A stretch of DNA of 25,983 bases from Chiloscyllium plagiosum (Eukaryota): positions 93,885,076 through 93,911,058 of the forward strand of contig NC_057719.1 of assembly GCF_004010195.1 (NCBI RefSeq). The letters run 5' to 3'. Of this stretch, positions 10,689 to 21,480 are shown in pieces. The position numbers and the translations under genes were made by a program. The notes beneath the pieces were generated by a model, which was not told where the DNA came from, made no database searches, and was given only the letters and a program-made list of their open reading frames with translations. The stretch's first letter is position 1. Every line of letters begins with the position of its first letter.

Positions 10689-11484
10689 CCTCTGAACCAT
10701 TCCTATTTATATACACATCCAGATATGTTTTAACCATGTAAGTGTACCCAATTTCACCACTTCCTCTGACAGCACTTTCCATACACGCATCAGCCTCTGC
10801 ATGAAGAAGTCGCCCCAAAGATCCCTTCTACAACTTTCTGCTCTCACCTTCAACCTATTCCGTCTTGTCTCAACTCCCAACCCTGGGAAAATGACCTTGG
10901 GCATTCAGACTATCCATGCCCCTTATGATTTTATAAACTTCTGCCATGTCACTGCTCACCCATCGACAATCAGGGGGAAAAGCCTCAACCTATTCTTATT
11001 CTCCCTGTAGATGAAACCCTCCAGTTCCATAAAATCCTTGTCAATACTTTTTGCACATTATGAAGCTTAACAGCATTCGCCCTTCAGCAAAGCCAACTGA
11101 ATTGTACGCAATATTCTTAAAGTGGCATCACCAGCATCATGTACAGATGCAACATACCACCCTGGCTCCAGAACTCAATACTCTGAACGATTCAGTCAAG
11201 CGCATTGTTCACCACCCTGACTACCTACGACTCCACTTTCAAGAAACTATGAACCTGCACCCGTTGGTCTCCTTGTTCGACAACATTATCCAGGGCACTA
11301 CTCTGCTTTAACTTACCAAAATGCAAAACCTCACAAAGATTTACATTAAACTTCATCTGCCAGTCCCTCGCTCTTTGACGGTCAATGGTGCCGTTGTACT
11401 CTGAGACAATCTTCTTCCCTGTCTGCTGCACCACTTTGTTGATGTTATCTGTAAACGTACTAACCATGCCTCCAATCTAATTCG

Positions 11485-11515
11485 TATATCATATATATAT
11501 ATATATATATATATA
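11485..11515. repeat. (AT)n microsatellite
   Basis: Perfect AT run at 11491-11515. Confidence 0.95.
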
Positions 11516-11585
11516 CATAAATATATGAGATGAGAAGCGGTGAGCTCAACATAAATATATGAGATGAGAAGCGGTGAGCTCAACA
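11515..11585. repeat. Perfect 34-bp tandem duplication
   Basis: ACATAAATATATGAGATGAGAAGCGGTGAGCTCA at 11515-11548 and 11549-11582, followed by ACA. Confidence 0.95.
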
Positions 11586-12004
11586 CTGATTCTTTCAGCA
11601 CACCACTGGCCAGACGCCCCAGTCTCTAAAACCGTCCGTTACCTTCAAGCCAATTTTGTCAGCAAATGGTTCGCTTTCCCTGGATTCCACGTGACCTAAC
11701 CTTAGTAATCTGTCTATGATGAGGAGACTTATTAAAAGTCTTGCTGAAGTATGTGTAAACAATGTATACCACAATGCTCTTCGTCAGTCCTCTTTGTCAC
11801 CTATTCAAAATACTCAATCACATTAATGAGACATGATTTCCATCGCACATAGCCATGTTGACTATCCATAATCAGTCCTTGTCTTTCTAAATGCATGTAA
11901 ATCCTATCCCTCAGAATCCCCTCCAACAACTTACCCTACACTGACATTAGGCTCAATGAATCTATAGTTCCCTCTGTTTTTTTGGCTCACTCTTTCCTTT
12001 TCTA

Positions 12005-14020
12005 CTCCCGGGCACTCCATTAATCATTGGCCCCCGTCCAACATTCATCCTTCGACTATTACTCTGCTTCTTACCATAAAGCAAATTGTGCATCCAATTT
12101 GTTTGCTCCCCTGAATTGCATGCGATTTAACGTTTCAAAGTAGCCTACCATGTGGAAACTTATCAAAGACCTTACTGAAATTCAAATAGACTGCATCTAC
12201 CAACCTGCATTCGCCAATATTCCCGGTCAGTTCATCAAAGGACTCTTAACAAATTTATGAGGCATGATCTCCCACTCGCCATGTCGACTATTCCAATTCA
12301 AATCCTGTCTTTACAATTGCATGTATATCTTATCGCTCAGAAACTTCTCAAGTAACCTATCTACAACAGATGTTAGGCTGACTGGTCTACAGAAAAGTGG
12401 CTTTTCTTTACTTCCCTTCTTGAATAAGGGCATAGCTTTCGCTCCCTGCCCAGCTTCTCGGACCTAACCAGTAGGTAATGATGCTGCAAAAATAGCAGTT
12501 AGGATCCCTCTAATTTCTTCTCTAGCCTCTTGCAATGTTTTTGAACATATCTGGTCAGGAACAGGAGATTTATCCACCTTCGTACATTCGAGTACATCCC
12601 ACACATCTGTCCTTTCATGTAGAACTGTCCCCAGGATATGAACACGAACTTCCCCACATTCTCAAGTCTTCATGTCTTTCTTCACGGTAAACAGGTGAAG
12701 AAATATTCATTAAGACTTTTCAAACACTTGCTGTTCTACACATACATGTCCATCGTCGTCCCTGAAGGGTCCTATTCTCTCTGTTGTTATTCTTTATTTA
12801 GATTAGATTACTTACAGTGTGGAAACAGCCTCTTCGGCCCAACAAGTCCACACTGACCCGGCGAAGCGCAACCCACCCAGACCCATTCCCCGACATTTAC
12901 CCCTTCACCTAACACTACGGGCAATTTAGCATTACCAATTCACCTAACCTGCACAGCTTTGGAGTGTGCGAGGAAGCCGGAGCACCCAGAGGAAACTCAC
13001 GCAGACACGGGGGAGAATGTGCAAACTCCAAACAGTCATTCGCCTGAGACGGGAATTGAACCCAGGCCTCTGGCGCTGTGAGGCAGCAGTGCTAACCACT
13101 GTGCCACCGTGCCGCTTTATTATACTTCATATAATTTTTGGAGTCACTCTAATCTTCTCAACCAAGGCTGTCCCATACCGCCCTTTCGCCCTCATTGTTC
13201 CCTTCCTCAGTAAACTCGTGTATTCCCTGAAACCTCCAGGGATTCCCTTGATCCCAGTTGACTGTACCAGAGCCATGCCTCATTTTTCTGGTCAACTCTC
13301 AGTATCTCTTATCATTCAGAGTTCCCTATTCCTGCCAACCTTTCCCGTCACCCTTACAGGAAAATAAACTCCTTGAACTCTAGCTATGTCACTTTTGAAG
13401 GCCTCCTACTTACCAGAGATCCCTTTGCCCGCAAACAAACTAATCCAGTCAACCCCTGCATGTTCCTGTCCAATTCCATCAAAATTCACCTTGCCCCAAT
13501 TTAAAACTTTAACTTGTGGACCAGTTTTGCGCCTTTCCATAATTATTTGAAAATGTATGGAACTATAGCCACTCATCCCTAAGTGCTCCCCCACTGTAAC
13601 CTCAGTCACCTGTCCTGTCCTATTTCCCAACAGTAGTTCGGAGTTTTGCCTCTTCCTGAGTTGGACACTCTACATACTGCTGAGGAAGCTTTCCTGAACA
13701 CTGTTAACCAGTTCTACCCCATCCACATGCTTAATTCTATGCCAGTCCCAGTCAATGTTAGGAAAATTAAAACCTCTACTAACACAATACTACTACTCCT
13801 GCAAGTCTCCCCTCTCCCTGTAATTCCCGTTTACTGTCTGGGAGGCTATAGTAATATCCCAATAACGTGCACATCTACTTCTTATTACTTAACTCCACTA
13901 ATGAAGCCTCACTGGAGGGTCCTTCGGTTATTTCATCTTTGATTGCTGCTTTGATTCTCCTTTAATCAAGAATGCAACTCCCTATCCCCTCCTTCCACCA
14001 TCTCTGACCCGCCTGAAGCT
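12005..14020 (-). mobile_element. Decayed CR1 ORF2 (APE through RT N-terminus), interrupted by an HE1 SINE
   Basis: GNRTGQVTEVTVGEHLG..S.IHF, VLNWGKVNFDGI, RPVSLTSVVGRLLEKFLSDKIY, VFDKFPHGRL. Confidence 0.85.
12799..13114 (-). mobile_element. Full-length HE1 V-SINE with 7-bp TSD
   Basis: A-box, B-box (plus strand GGGAATTGAACCC at 13051-13063), V-domain and (TAATC)n tail. CTTTATT at 12792-12798 and 13115-13121. Confidence 0.95.
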
Positions 14021-14169
14021 AACAAGGACTCCACTGTTCCTGTTCCTTTGTAGCTGACCGGAAAGGTTGCATGCCCTCCTCCTGTGTGGAGTAATTTAGA
14101 CAAAGGGGCGAATGACTGTCTGCTAACCTCACAGCAAGTCACGTCCTCTTTTCAGAAATAAGGGCACAG

Positions 14170-14457
14170 CAAGTATGAAGAGGCATAGACCATTCAGCAC
14201 CACAAGCCTATCCCACAATCAGATTAACTCTTCAGGAAAGTACTTATCAAATTCAGCCTCCACTGCACTCTTGGGAAAAACTCCTGCTACCTTAAGGCCA
14301 TACAGCATAGAAAATTGAAATTAGGCCATTTGGCCCATCAAGGCTACTTTGCCGTTCGATCTTGCCGGTCATGTTTCTCAAAACAATTCTCCTGCCTTCA
14401 CACTGTAACTGTTGATCCATGTTTAAATAAAAAAAATCTCTCTCTGTCTTAAAAACA
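14170..14457 (-). mobile_element. Two short decayed CR1 3'-end fragments
   Basis: TAGACCATTCAGCACCACAAGCCT and TAGGCCATTTGGCCCATCAAGGCT resemble reversed CR1 3' UTR hairpin regions. Confidence 0.55.
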
Positions 14458-14509
14458 TGTCTGTATCTGTGTCTTTAGCTGTCTGTATATGTGTGTGCAT
14501 GTTTCTGTG

Positions 14510-14762
14510 TAAATCTGTTTAATGATAGGCGACAGGGTGGTCGTGGAGGGTTGTTTTTCAAACTGGATGTCTGTGAAAAGCAGTGATCCACAGGAAAAAG
14601 TGTTGAATCCAATTTTGTTTGTCATTTATATAAATGATTTAGATGAGAATTAAAGAAGGCATAATTACAAATTTGCGAATGATATCAATGTTAGTTGTAC
14701 AGGGTTTGTACAATGGTTAACAGTCTAAGACTACAAAGAGATCTTAATCAATTCAATCAGTG
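14510..14762 (+). mobile_element. CR1 RT core fragment
   Basis: VVVEGCFSNWMSVKSSDPQ, ILFVIYINDLDEN, KFANDI. Confidence 0.85.
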
Positions 14763-14764
14763 AA

Positions 14765-14880
14765 TCATAGAGATGTACAGCAGGGAAACAGACCCTTTAA
14801 CGCAACCAAGCCGGCCAGATATTCTGAAGTAATCCAGTCCCATTTGCCAGTATTTGTACCATATCGTTTTAATCCCTTCA
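14765..14880 (-). mobile_element. CR1 3' UTR fragment
   Basis: CATAGAGATGTACAGCAGGGAAACAGACCCTT..., similar to 10330-10437. Confidence 0.7.
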
Positions 14881-14881
14881 T

Positions 14882-15162
14882 AAATAGGCCCTTCAGCCCA
14901 ACAAGTCCACACCGACCCGCCGAAGCGCAACCCACCAATACCCCTACATTTACCCCTTACCTAACACTAGGTGGCAATTTAGCGTGGCCAATTCACCTGA
15001 CCTGCACATCTTTGGACAGTGGGAGGAAACCAGAGCACCCGGAGGAAACCCACGCAGACACAGAGAGAACGTGCAAACTCCACACAGCCAGTCGCCTGAG
15101 GCGGGAATTGAACCCGGGTCTCTGGCGCTGTGAGGCAGCAGTGCTAACCACTGTGCCACCGT
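14882..15162 (-). mobile_element. HE1 V-SINE (tail missing)
   Basis: Highly similar to 12799-13114, B-box at 15103-15115, complete V-domain. Confidence 0.93.
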
Positions 15163-15320
15163 AACCCCCACGGTGAGTTTGTAACGCTCTCGAAGGTGCA
15201 AATGTGACTCCAATCAACGTGAATGGCTTTGCTTTCAGGCATCCAGGGCCTAAATTCTGCAATTCAATACTGACATCTCTTCCTTCTCCATCAAATTACA
15301 AATCTAAAATCATTTTCTTC

Positions 15321-15605
15321 CACGTGTTCAGACACATAATGAAACATTCTCTGTTGGGTTTGAACCTAGACGCTTAGGCTCAGAGGTAGGGGCACTACCC
15401 ATTACTCAGCAATAGGCACCTAAAGCTGCAACATGATTATGCTGCATTTGTTCATCAGCTTGTTCTGACATGCTGTGACACACCTCCAAAACAGGCAGGA
15501 CTTGAATCCAGATCATCTGCACCAGAGATAGGTACACTACCAAACGTTCATGGACTGGAATCGAATACAGCTCTGTCTCAGAGGTAGGCACACTACCACT
15601 ACACA
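15321..15605 (-). mobile_element. Three tandem decayed tRNA-like short SINE units
   Basis: Units at ~15321-15403, 15454-15542 and 15551-15605 share CAGAG.TAGG..CACTACC and a reversed B-box-like TTGAA/TCGAA motif. Confidence 0.65.
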
Positions 15606-16207
15606 TGACTTAAAGCTGTCCCAGAATTTGGGTCATATTTTAAGTGTCAGCTTTCAGTACTGTATGGAATTATTAAATTCTGATTTACATCACTGAAACA
15701 CACAGGCAACAGTTTCCATTGTTAAACAAATAAAATATATTAGTCTCAACTACAGGATAATGTGTTTATATGCTCTGCCATCGAGGTAAACTATGAACAG
15801 CTTTAATTACTTGTCTATGAATTCCAGCTTAAATGGTCATTATCTGTAATCTGCAACACTAGGGAAAGAAATACTGCAAACACACTCTGCACTATGAAGG
15901 ATCTCGAAAAAGATATCAATACTGAACACCGGAGGTGAGGAAATAGCACAATTTCTGGCCAAAAAACACTGGTCACTAATTCCAACTTCTAACACGTGGT
16001 TTCAATCTTCCTAAAGTCATTTATTGATACAAGACAACTGTTTCCTTTCCAGCTTCTCCTTACCCACGCGTCCATCTGCCTGTGCAGGGCAAACCAAGCT
16101 CTGGGCCTTTGGGAAAACCAAGGCTGGTGTCCGTCAGTCTTCTGCAGAGGGGAGTTTCGTTGTAAGCTTGAAGGGGAAGGAGGAGGGATCAGTAATATCA
16201 CTCATTA

Positions 16208-16531
16208 GGCTGAGGTGTGGCAGATGGAGTTTAACTAGGATACATGTGCGGTATTGCATTTTAGTAAAACAAACAATTATCGGTAGAGCATTGGCAGTGT
16301 TGTAGAAAAGAGGGACGCGGGATGCAAGTATCACCCTTTGAAGTTTGTAGCACACATAGGGTGTTTAAGGTGCCTTAATTGCTCAGACCTTTGAGTTGAG
16401 AAGTTGGGACGTCATGTTGAGATTGTGCAAGACATTGATAAAGCCTCTTCTGAAGTACTGTGTGCAGTTGTTATAGGAAGGAGATTATTAAGCTGGAGAG
16501 GGTTCAAAAGAGATTTACCAGGATGTTGCCG
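16208..16531 (+). mobile_element. CR1 post-RT fragment
   Basis: WQMEFN*DTCAVLHF, YRKEIIKLERVQKRFTRMLP. Confidence 0.85.
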
Positions 16532-16950
16532 AGAACAACACATCTTCCGCCTCAGGACCCTACAAACACAAGGCATGAACATCGGATTCAACAGTTTCCA
16601 AACCTCCCCGCGCTCACCCAGATCCCAGATCCAACCCTCTGAATCAGATTCGCCCTCTCGAGGGAACCTATCTGTTCATCTTCCTATGTACATATCCGCT
16701 CCACGCTCCCCACTGACCCATGACTATCACCTCCCACCTTCACCCACCTATCGACTACTTTTCCCACAGATCTGCCCCACTACCTATTTTCTCTCAGCCC
16801 CCTTCCCCCTCCCCAGTCCTAAACAAGTGTATTGCCTGAAATGTTGACTCGCTTGCTCTGCGGATGCCGCCTGTCCTCCAGTGCCTTTTCCACCGTCATG
16901 CTTTATCTAATCTGAATTCTTTCGCATTTGCAGTTCCTATAGTCTCCTAG
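16532..16950 (+). mobile_element. Penelope-like element 3' end (GIY-YIG C-terminus and 3' UTR)
   Basis: EQHIFRLRTLQTQGMNIGFNSF matches the E..I..L.T..P.G.N end of the PLE endonuclease. C-rich UTR; terminal part similar to 19661-19785. Confidence 0.8.
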
Positions 16951-18139
16951 GTACAATTATCTGCTAACATATCCCTCCGTCTGTCTGTTGCAGCCCCAAT
17001 TTGTCGGAGGCACATTCTCTCTTCAGAGCATGGACTATAATATGTCTCTCAATGTCTTTTGATATCGTAATGCTTGAGCAGTGTTCACAGGACATATGCT
17101 TCAATTTTTAAACAGAGAAGCGCACTTATGTTCCAATAAACTTCTAGCATTACTCCCATATCCAAGGCAGATTGAAAGGTTTCAAACAATTTATCTCCCA
17201 GCCCCAATATTCGTTCCCTCAGGCAGCCTCCCATATCCCATCCAGGATGTAGGTGTTTAATAATACTTCTGTGTAATTCTATGCCTGAATCTCTGTGCAA
17301 TGGGCTATCAGTTATTTTGGGAGAGAGAGCTGATGTTGAAATTGACAATGGGTTTAAAGTGAGAATTGTCCTTCATTGATCATTGCTCCTTACTCGGTTG
17401 GTGGGACGTGGATGGTTCAGAATCTCCACACGAGACATCCCTGTCCTTTTCTGCTTGCACCAAGATCTAACCCACATGGCAGGGGATAGGGGTGAGGGAT
17501 CGGGATCGGGCACTCCACCACTCGGCATGGCCCTTTCTGTCCTATTCCACGCTGTTTCTCTTAGAATGGCAGAAAGGAGGGGGAGGGAGTGGGTGTTCTA
17601 GTGCTGGTGTAGGTGGGGGGCAGTGTGAAGTGTCTAGAGGGAGTCTGTCCAAAGAATTGTATTCATAAGGTGTTAAGTGTTTGGGGATCATTGTGTCGGT
17701 GACAGAAAAAGAAGTAGGGGAAGGAAGGTGCTGAACTCAAGAGTGAGAGAGATATTTGTTGAGCGTTACTTGGAGATAGAACGTGATCTTTGTTCGGGGG
17801 TAGGTGCTATTACATGCATTTAGTGAGTGTGAGGGAGCAGAGAGAATACGATGACTCTTATCCTGAGAGAGCAGGGAGGCTAGCAATGTTTGTCCTGTAT
17901 TGCTGGCCATTTCTTGAGATCATCTCTTCGAGGTGATCCTCCCTGAACGTCTTGTCCAAGTCTATCAGTAATAATGCCACATACCCTGCCCCTTAGATTC
18001 CACAGAATCAGTTTGGGTGGATCTTGCAATTAATAAGGAGAAGCAAACATTGGTGTGTTACATACCTAAACTAAACCTGTCGTGCAAATATTTTGCATCA
18101 TATGCTCTTGAAATTAGATATGCAAGTTTATGCAAGTGA

Positions 18140-18482
18140 AAGCAATGTCCTCATGGTATTATCGCTGGACTCTTAACCCAGAGACACGTGTAATGTTCTG
18201 GGGGCCAGGGTTCAGTCCTGCAATGGCAAATAGTGGAATTTGATTTCAATAAGTGTCTGGAATCAAGGGTTTGTGATGACCAGGAATCCATTATCGATTG
18301 TTGGAAAAACTCATCTGGTTTACTAATATCCTTTAGGGAAGAAAAACTGCTGTCCTTACCTGGTCTGGTCTACATGTGACTCTAGACATAGAACAACGCT
18401 GTTGACTCTTAATTGCCCTCTGGCAGCGGGAGTAAATGCTGTTTATCCAGCGATGCCCTCATCCTGTGAATGAGTAACAAAT
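18140..18482 (+). mobile_element. tRNA-derived SINE family 2, full length
   Basis: tRNA-like head (ATGGTATTATCGCTGGAC...GGGTTCAGTCC), central CTGGTTTACTAATATCCTTTAGGGAAG core, 3' CCAGCGATGCCCTCATCCTGTGAATGAG. Confidence 0.8.
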
Positions 18483-18499
18483 AATCGTGGGTGTTGCAG

Positions 18500-18742
18500 A
18501 AATAATGGATGGTCTCAAGTTGCATCGGAACTGCATTCATAAGTGACTACTAATGTTGTGAAAAATAATTTTCATACCTGCATATCAGGTAGGTAGAAGG
18601 GTATGTTGTGAACCAAACTAGAGAACAGGTTATTTCGGATGTGGTGTTGTGTGGTCAGTAGGACTATGTAGTAACCTTGCTCTGAAGCAGCTTTTGAAGA
18701 TTAGTGTCTTTTTCATGGCGTCTGCATACAATATGTTTGAAC
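18500..18742 (+). mobile_element. Old CR1 APE C-terminal fragment
   Basis: YVV...TREQVISDVVLC remnant near 18600-18655. Confidence 0.55.
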
Positions 18743-18846
18743 ATTCATGTCAGACATCATGGAAGCCTGGAGGCTAGAGGGTCAGGTTCACTCCAATTAA
18801 TGGGAACGTACAATATTACATTCAGTGGGAGATAAGCAGTGGTTGT

Positions 18847-19018
18847 TAGAGTCATAGAGTCCTGCAGCACAGAGACAGGCCCTTCTGCCAAAACTAGTCC
18901 ATTCCGCCAAAATGTCCATCCACGTTCTCCCCATTCCATTACCATTGTCCCTTAATCTTCTAATCATTTCCTATCCGTGTATATGTCAAAATGCCTTTTA
19001 AAGGTTGTGAATGTAGCC
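18847..19018 (-). mobile_element. CR1 3' end fragment
   Basis: AGAGTCATAGAGTC...ACAGGCCCTTCTGCC reversed tail and UTR, similar to 5060-5200. Confidence 0.75.
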
Positions 19019-19564
19019 AAATATGCATACGTATTCATTGCTCCATTTTAACATTATTGTCTGTAGGTAACATTAATATGGTTACTCACAAAGTCAAATT
19101 CAACCGGGGAAGGAACAAACGATTAAAGGAGAAAAATCATTGGCTGAGGAGGTGCTTTGTTGTTGAGGGATTTTTTGAGTTGAAATTGAAGTCTGTTTTG
19201 GAATTAAAAAAGACCTGGTCAAAAAGGATTGGTCTCATCTAAACTGGAAAGCAACCAATATCTTAGCAGGGAGATTTGCTCACTCCATGTCAGACACTTT
19301 ATATTGATAGAGAAGGCAACGGGGGAATTCTAGAAGCAGCATTAGTGGGACGCTGGATGGAGAAGGTTACGAAGGTGAGGAGAACATGTCATTTAGCAAA
19401 GAAAGACGAGAAAGTCAGAGTATACAGTAATTCCGAATAACTAAGTCGCAGTTATTTTAACGTAAGGGGTCTTACAAGGAAGGCTGATGAATTCAGGGCA
19501 TGTTTAAGAACATGGGATTAGGACATTACATTTATTACCGAATCTTGTTTGAGAGATGTTCAGG

Positions 19565-19785
19565 TTGAGAATGTAGTGCAGGAAAAGCACAGCAGGTCAG
19601 GCAGCACCTGAGGAGCAGGAGAAGCGACGTTTCGAGCAAAATCCCACCATCAGGAATGGGCTGATGAAGGGCTTTTGCCTAAACATTGATTTTCCTGCTC
19701 CTCAGCTGCTGCCTGACCTGCTGTGCTTTTTCCAGCACCACACTCTCGACACTAATTGCCAGCATCTGCAGCACTCGCTTTTGCC
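19565..19785. mobile_element. Palindromic non-autonomous Penelope-derived element with ~15-bp TSD
   Basis: Inverted arms ~19564-19653 and 19661-19750. Flanks TGAGAGATGTTCAGG (19550-19564) and TGAGCGATGTTCAAG (19786-19800). Host APE frame resumes after it. Confidence 0.85.
19655..19700 (+). ncRNA. Degenerate minimal hammerhead-ribozyme-like motif
   Basis: CTGATGA-AG-GGC TTTT GCC-T-AAAC: CUGANGA box and stem II present, GAAA box mutated. The opposite arm keeps GAAACGTC but has CTGATGG. Confidence 0.55.
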
Positions 19786-20924
19786 TGAGCGATGTTCAAG
19801 ACTGGCAATTCAACGTTCCAGGTTTTATGTTTCATAGAGAGCATAGAAACGGAGACATGCCATGGGCGGGGATGGGGAGGCCTGCCGTTTTTAGTTAAGG
19901 AATAAATTATTGCTGGAACTGGAGAAGGTATTTCTGAAAGAAAGATCACCCAGTTAAAATATATGGCAGTATTAAAATTAAGAAAGTAAAGATCACTTTG
20001 AAGAGGTTGTACTATATGCTCATTTGTGACAAATCGTTCACTGAAAATATATTGGTAGAAGTTAAAAATAAGAGCGGGAAGAACACGTTGATAATATTGT
20101 AACATATATTCTTTAACAGTAAGAAAGAAATTGAGAAACAAACATGTAGGGTCGTCTCAGATATAAGTACGCTTAATAAGGTTGTAATAATGGGGGATTT
20201 TAATTTTCTAAAAATCATTTGGGACTACCATAGTGTTAAAGGGTTGGATGGGGAAGAATTTGTCAAATGTGTTCAAGAAAATTGTCTTCATCGATGTGTG
20301 AATGATCCTAAGAGAGAAGGAGTAAATCCAGACCGTATTTTGTGTAATGGGCAGAGCAAACGACTGAAGTAAACTTGAGCAAACCTAACTCTGTTAATTT
20401 CAAAATGGATATGGAAAATAATACGCCTTCCATTTCTATTATGTTTTTAATTGGAGTACCATAAATTTTAATGGCATGGAACAAGGACTTACCAAGTTTG
20501 ATTACCATAGACTGTTAGCAGGTAAAGAGAAAGTTTGGTTAGTGGGAGGTGTTCAACAGTGTGAAGACGAGACTTGAGAGGCATTATGTTCCTGTTCGAG
20601 TGAAAGATAAGGCTGGTAAGATTAGGGAACAATGGATGACGAAAGATATTGACGTTGTTGTCAAGAATAAAAGACAATCTTACTTTAGATATAGATAACT
20701 TTATTCAATTGAATCGCTTAATCATACAAAGAATGTTGGGCATTATTTCGAGAGAAATCAGGAAAACAAAAAGGAGATATGAGATAGCATGGGCAGATAA
20801 GGTTAAGGATAATCCACAGATATTGTGCAACTACATTAGATGTAAGAGGGTAACCATGTAGCGGGTAAGGGCTCTTAAAGATCATGAAGGATATTGATGC
20901 ATTGAACCCAGAAGATGCGGAATA

Positions 20925-21258
20925 AAATCATCCCATTCCTGGTGCACTAGACAGCAGCAAAACACACTATTGTCTTCAACTCGCATTCATCCAGGATTAA
21001 CTCTATTCTTTGTCAGCCTATTGACCCATTTGGTCAAGATCCTTTTGTAATCTTAGAAAACTTTCTTCACTGTGCTATCAGTGTTGGTATTATTCACAAA
21101 CTTACAAACCATGCCTTCTATAGTCCCATCCAAATCATTTATATAAATAACAAACAATGAAAACCCAGAACCAACCTCTGTGGAACACTGCTGGTCACAA
21201 GCCTCCAGACCGAAAAGCAGCCACCTACCATTACTCTCTGTCTCCTACCATTGCACCA
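20925..21258 (-). mobile_element. CR1 RT core fragment
   Basis: Minus strand reads GRRQRVMVGGCFSVWRLVTSSVPQRLVLGFSLFVIYINDLDG. Confidence 0.85.
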
Positions 21259-21480
21259 AATGAAATTGCTGGAGAGAAACCCAGCACTTCTGGCAGTATC
21301 GGAGCGGAAGAAAATAGAATTAACTTCTTGATTCCAATGTGAATTGTTCAGAACAGGTTCATATCAGACTGATATGTCAACTCTGTTTCTCTCTCCAGTT
21401 CCTGCGTCATCTGTTTCATTTCCCCACCATGTTGTGTTTGTATTTCAGATTTCCACTATTTATAATACTTTGGTTTTCTT
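21259..21480. mobile_element. Second, older palindromic Penelope-derived element
   Basis: TGCTGGAGAGAAACCCAGCA..GGCAGTATC..GAAAATAGAATTAAC left arm versus GTCAACTCTGTTTCTCTCTCC right arm, ending CAGATTTCCA. Confidence 0.6.

Larger units (their letters stand above)
10327..11975 (-). mobile_element. Decayed CR1 LINE (RT to 3' end), interrupted by the inverted copy and a microsatellite
   Basis: ORF remnants FFMQRLMRVWKVL, WQMKFNVNLCEVLHFGK, VQVHSFLKVES, plus a QHG motif near 11855. Confidence 0.85.
19090..20915 (+). mobile_element. Decayed CR1 LINE: ORF1 esterase end, APE domain and linker
   Basis: RNKRLKEKNHWLRR, GLHLNWKATNILAGRF (SGNH-type ORF1), YFNVRGLTRKADEF, ITES..QDWQFNVPG, MGDFNF, YEIAWADKVKDNP. 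Confidence 0.85.

Noticed and set aside
11515..11585. 34-bp repeat (and the 29-bp array) as CRISPR
   Set aside because: No spacers, no cas genes, vertebrate context.
12966..15262. ORFs 12966-13367, 14760-15164, 14950-15213 and 14993-15262 sharing LRRELNPGLWRCEAAVLTTVPP-type peptides
   Set aside because: Translations of HE1 SINE sequence, not genes.
16100..16167. FGK-T motif as an Ig/TCR J segment
   Set aside because: No FGxG motif in a single frame and no upstream RSS.
17330..18000. G-rich stretch as an old minus-strand PLE or L2
   Set aside because: No translatable motif could be confirmed.
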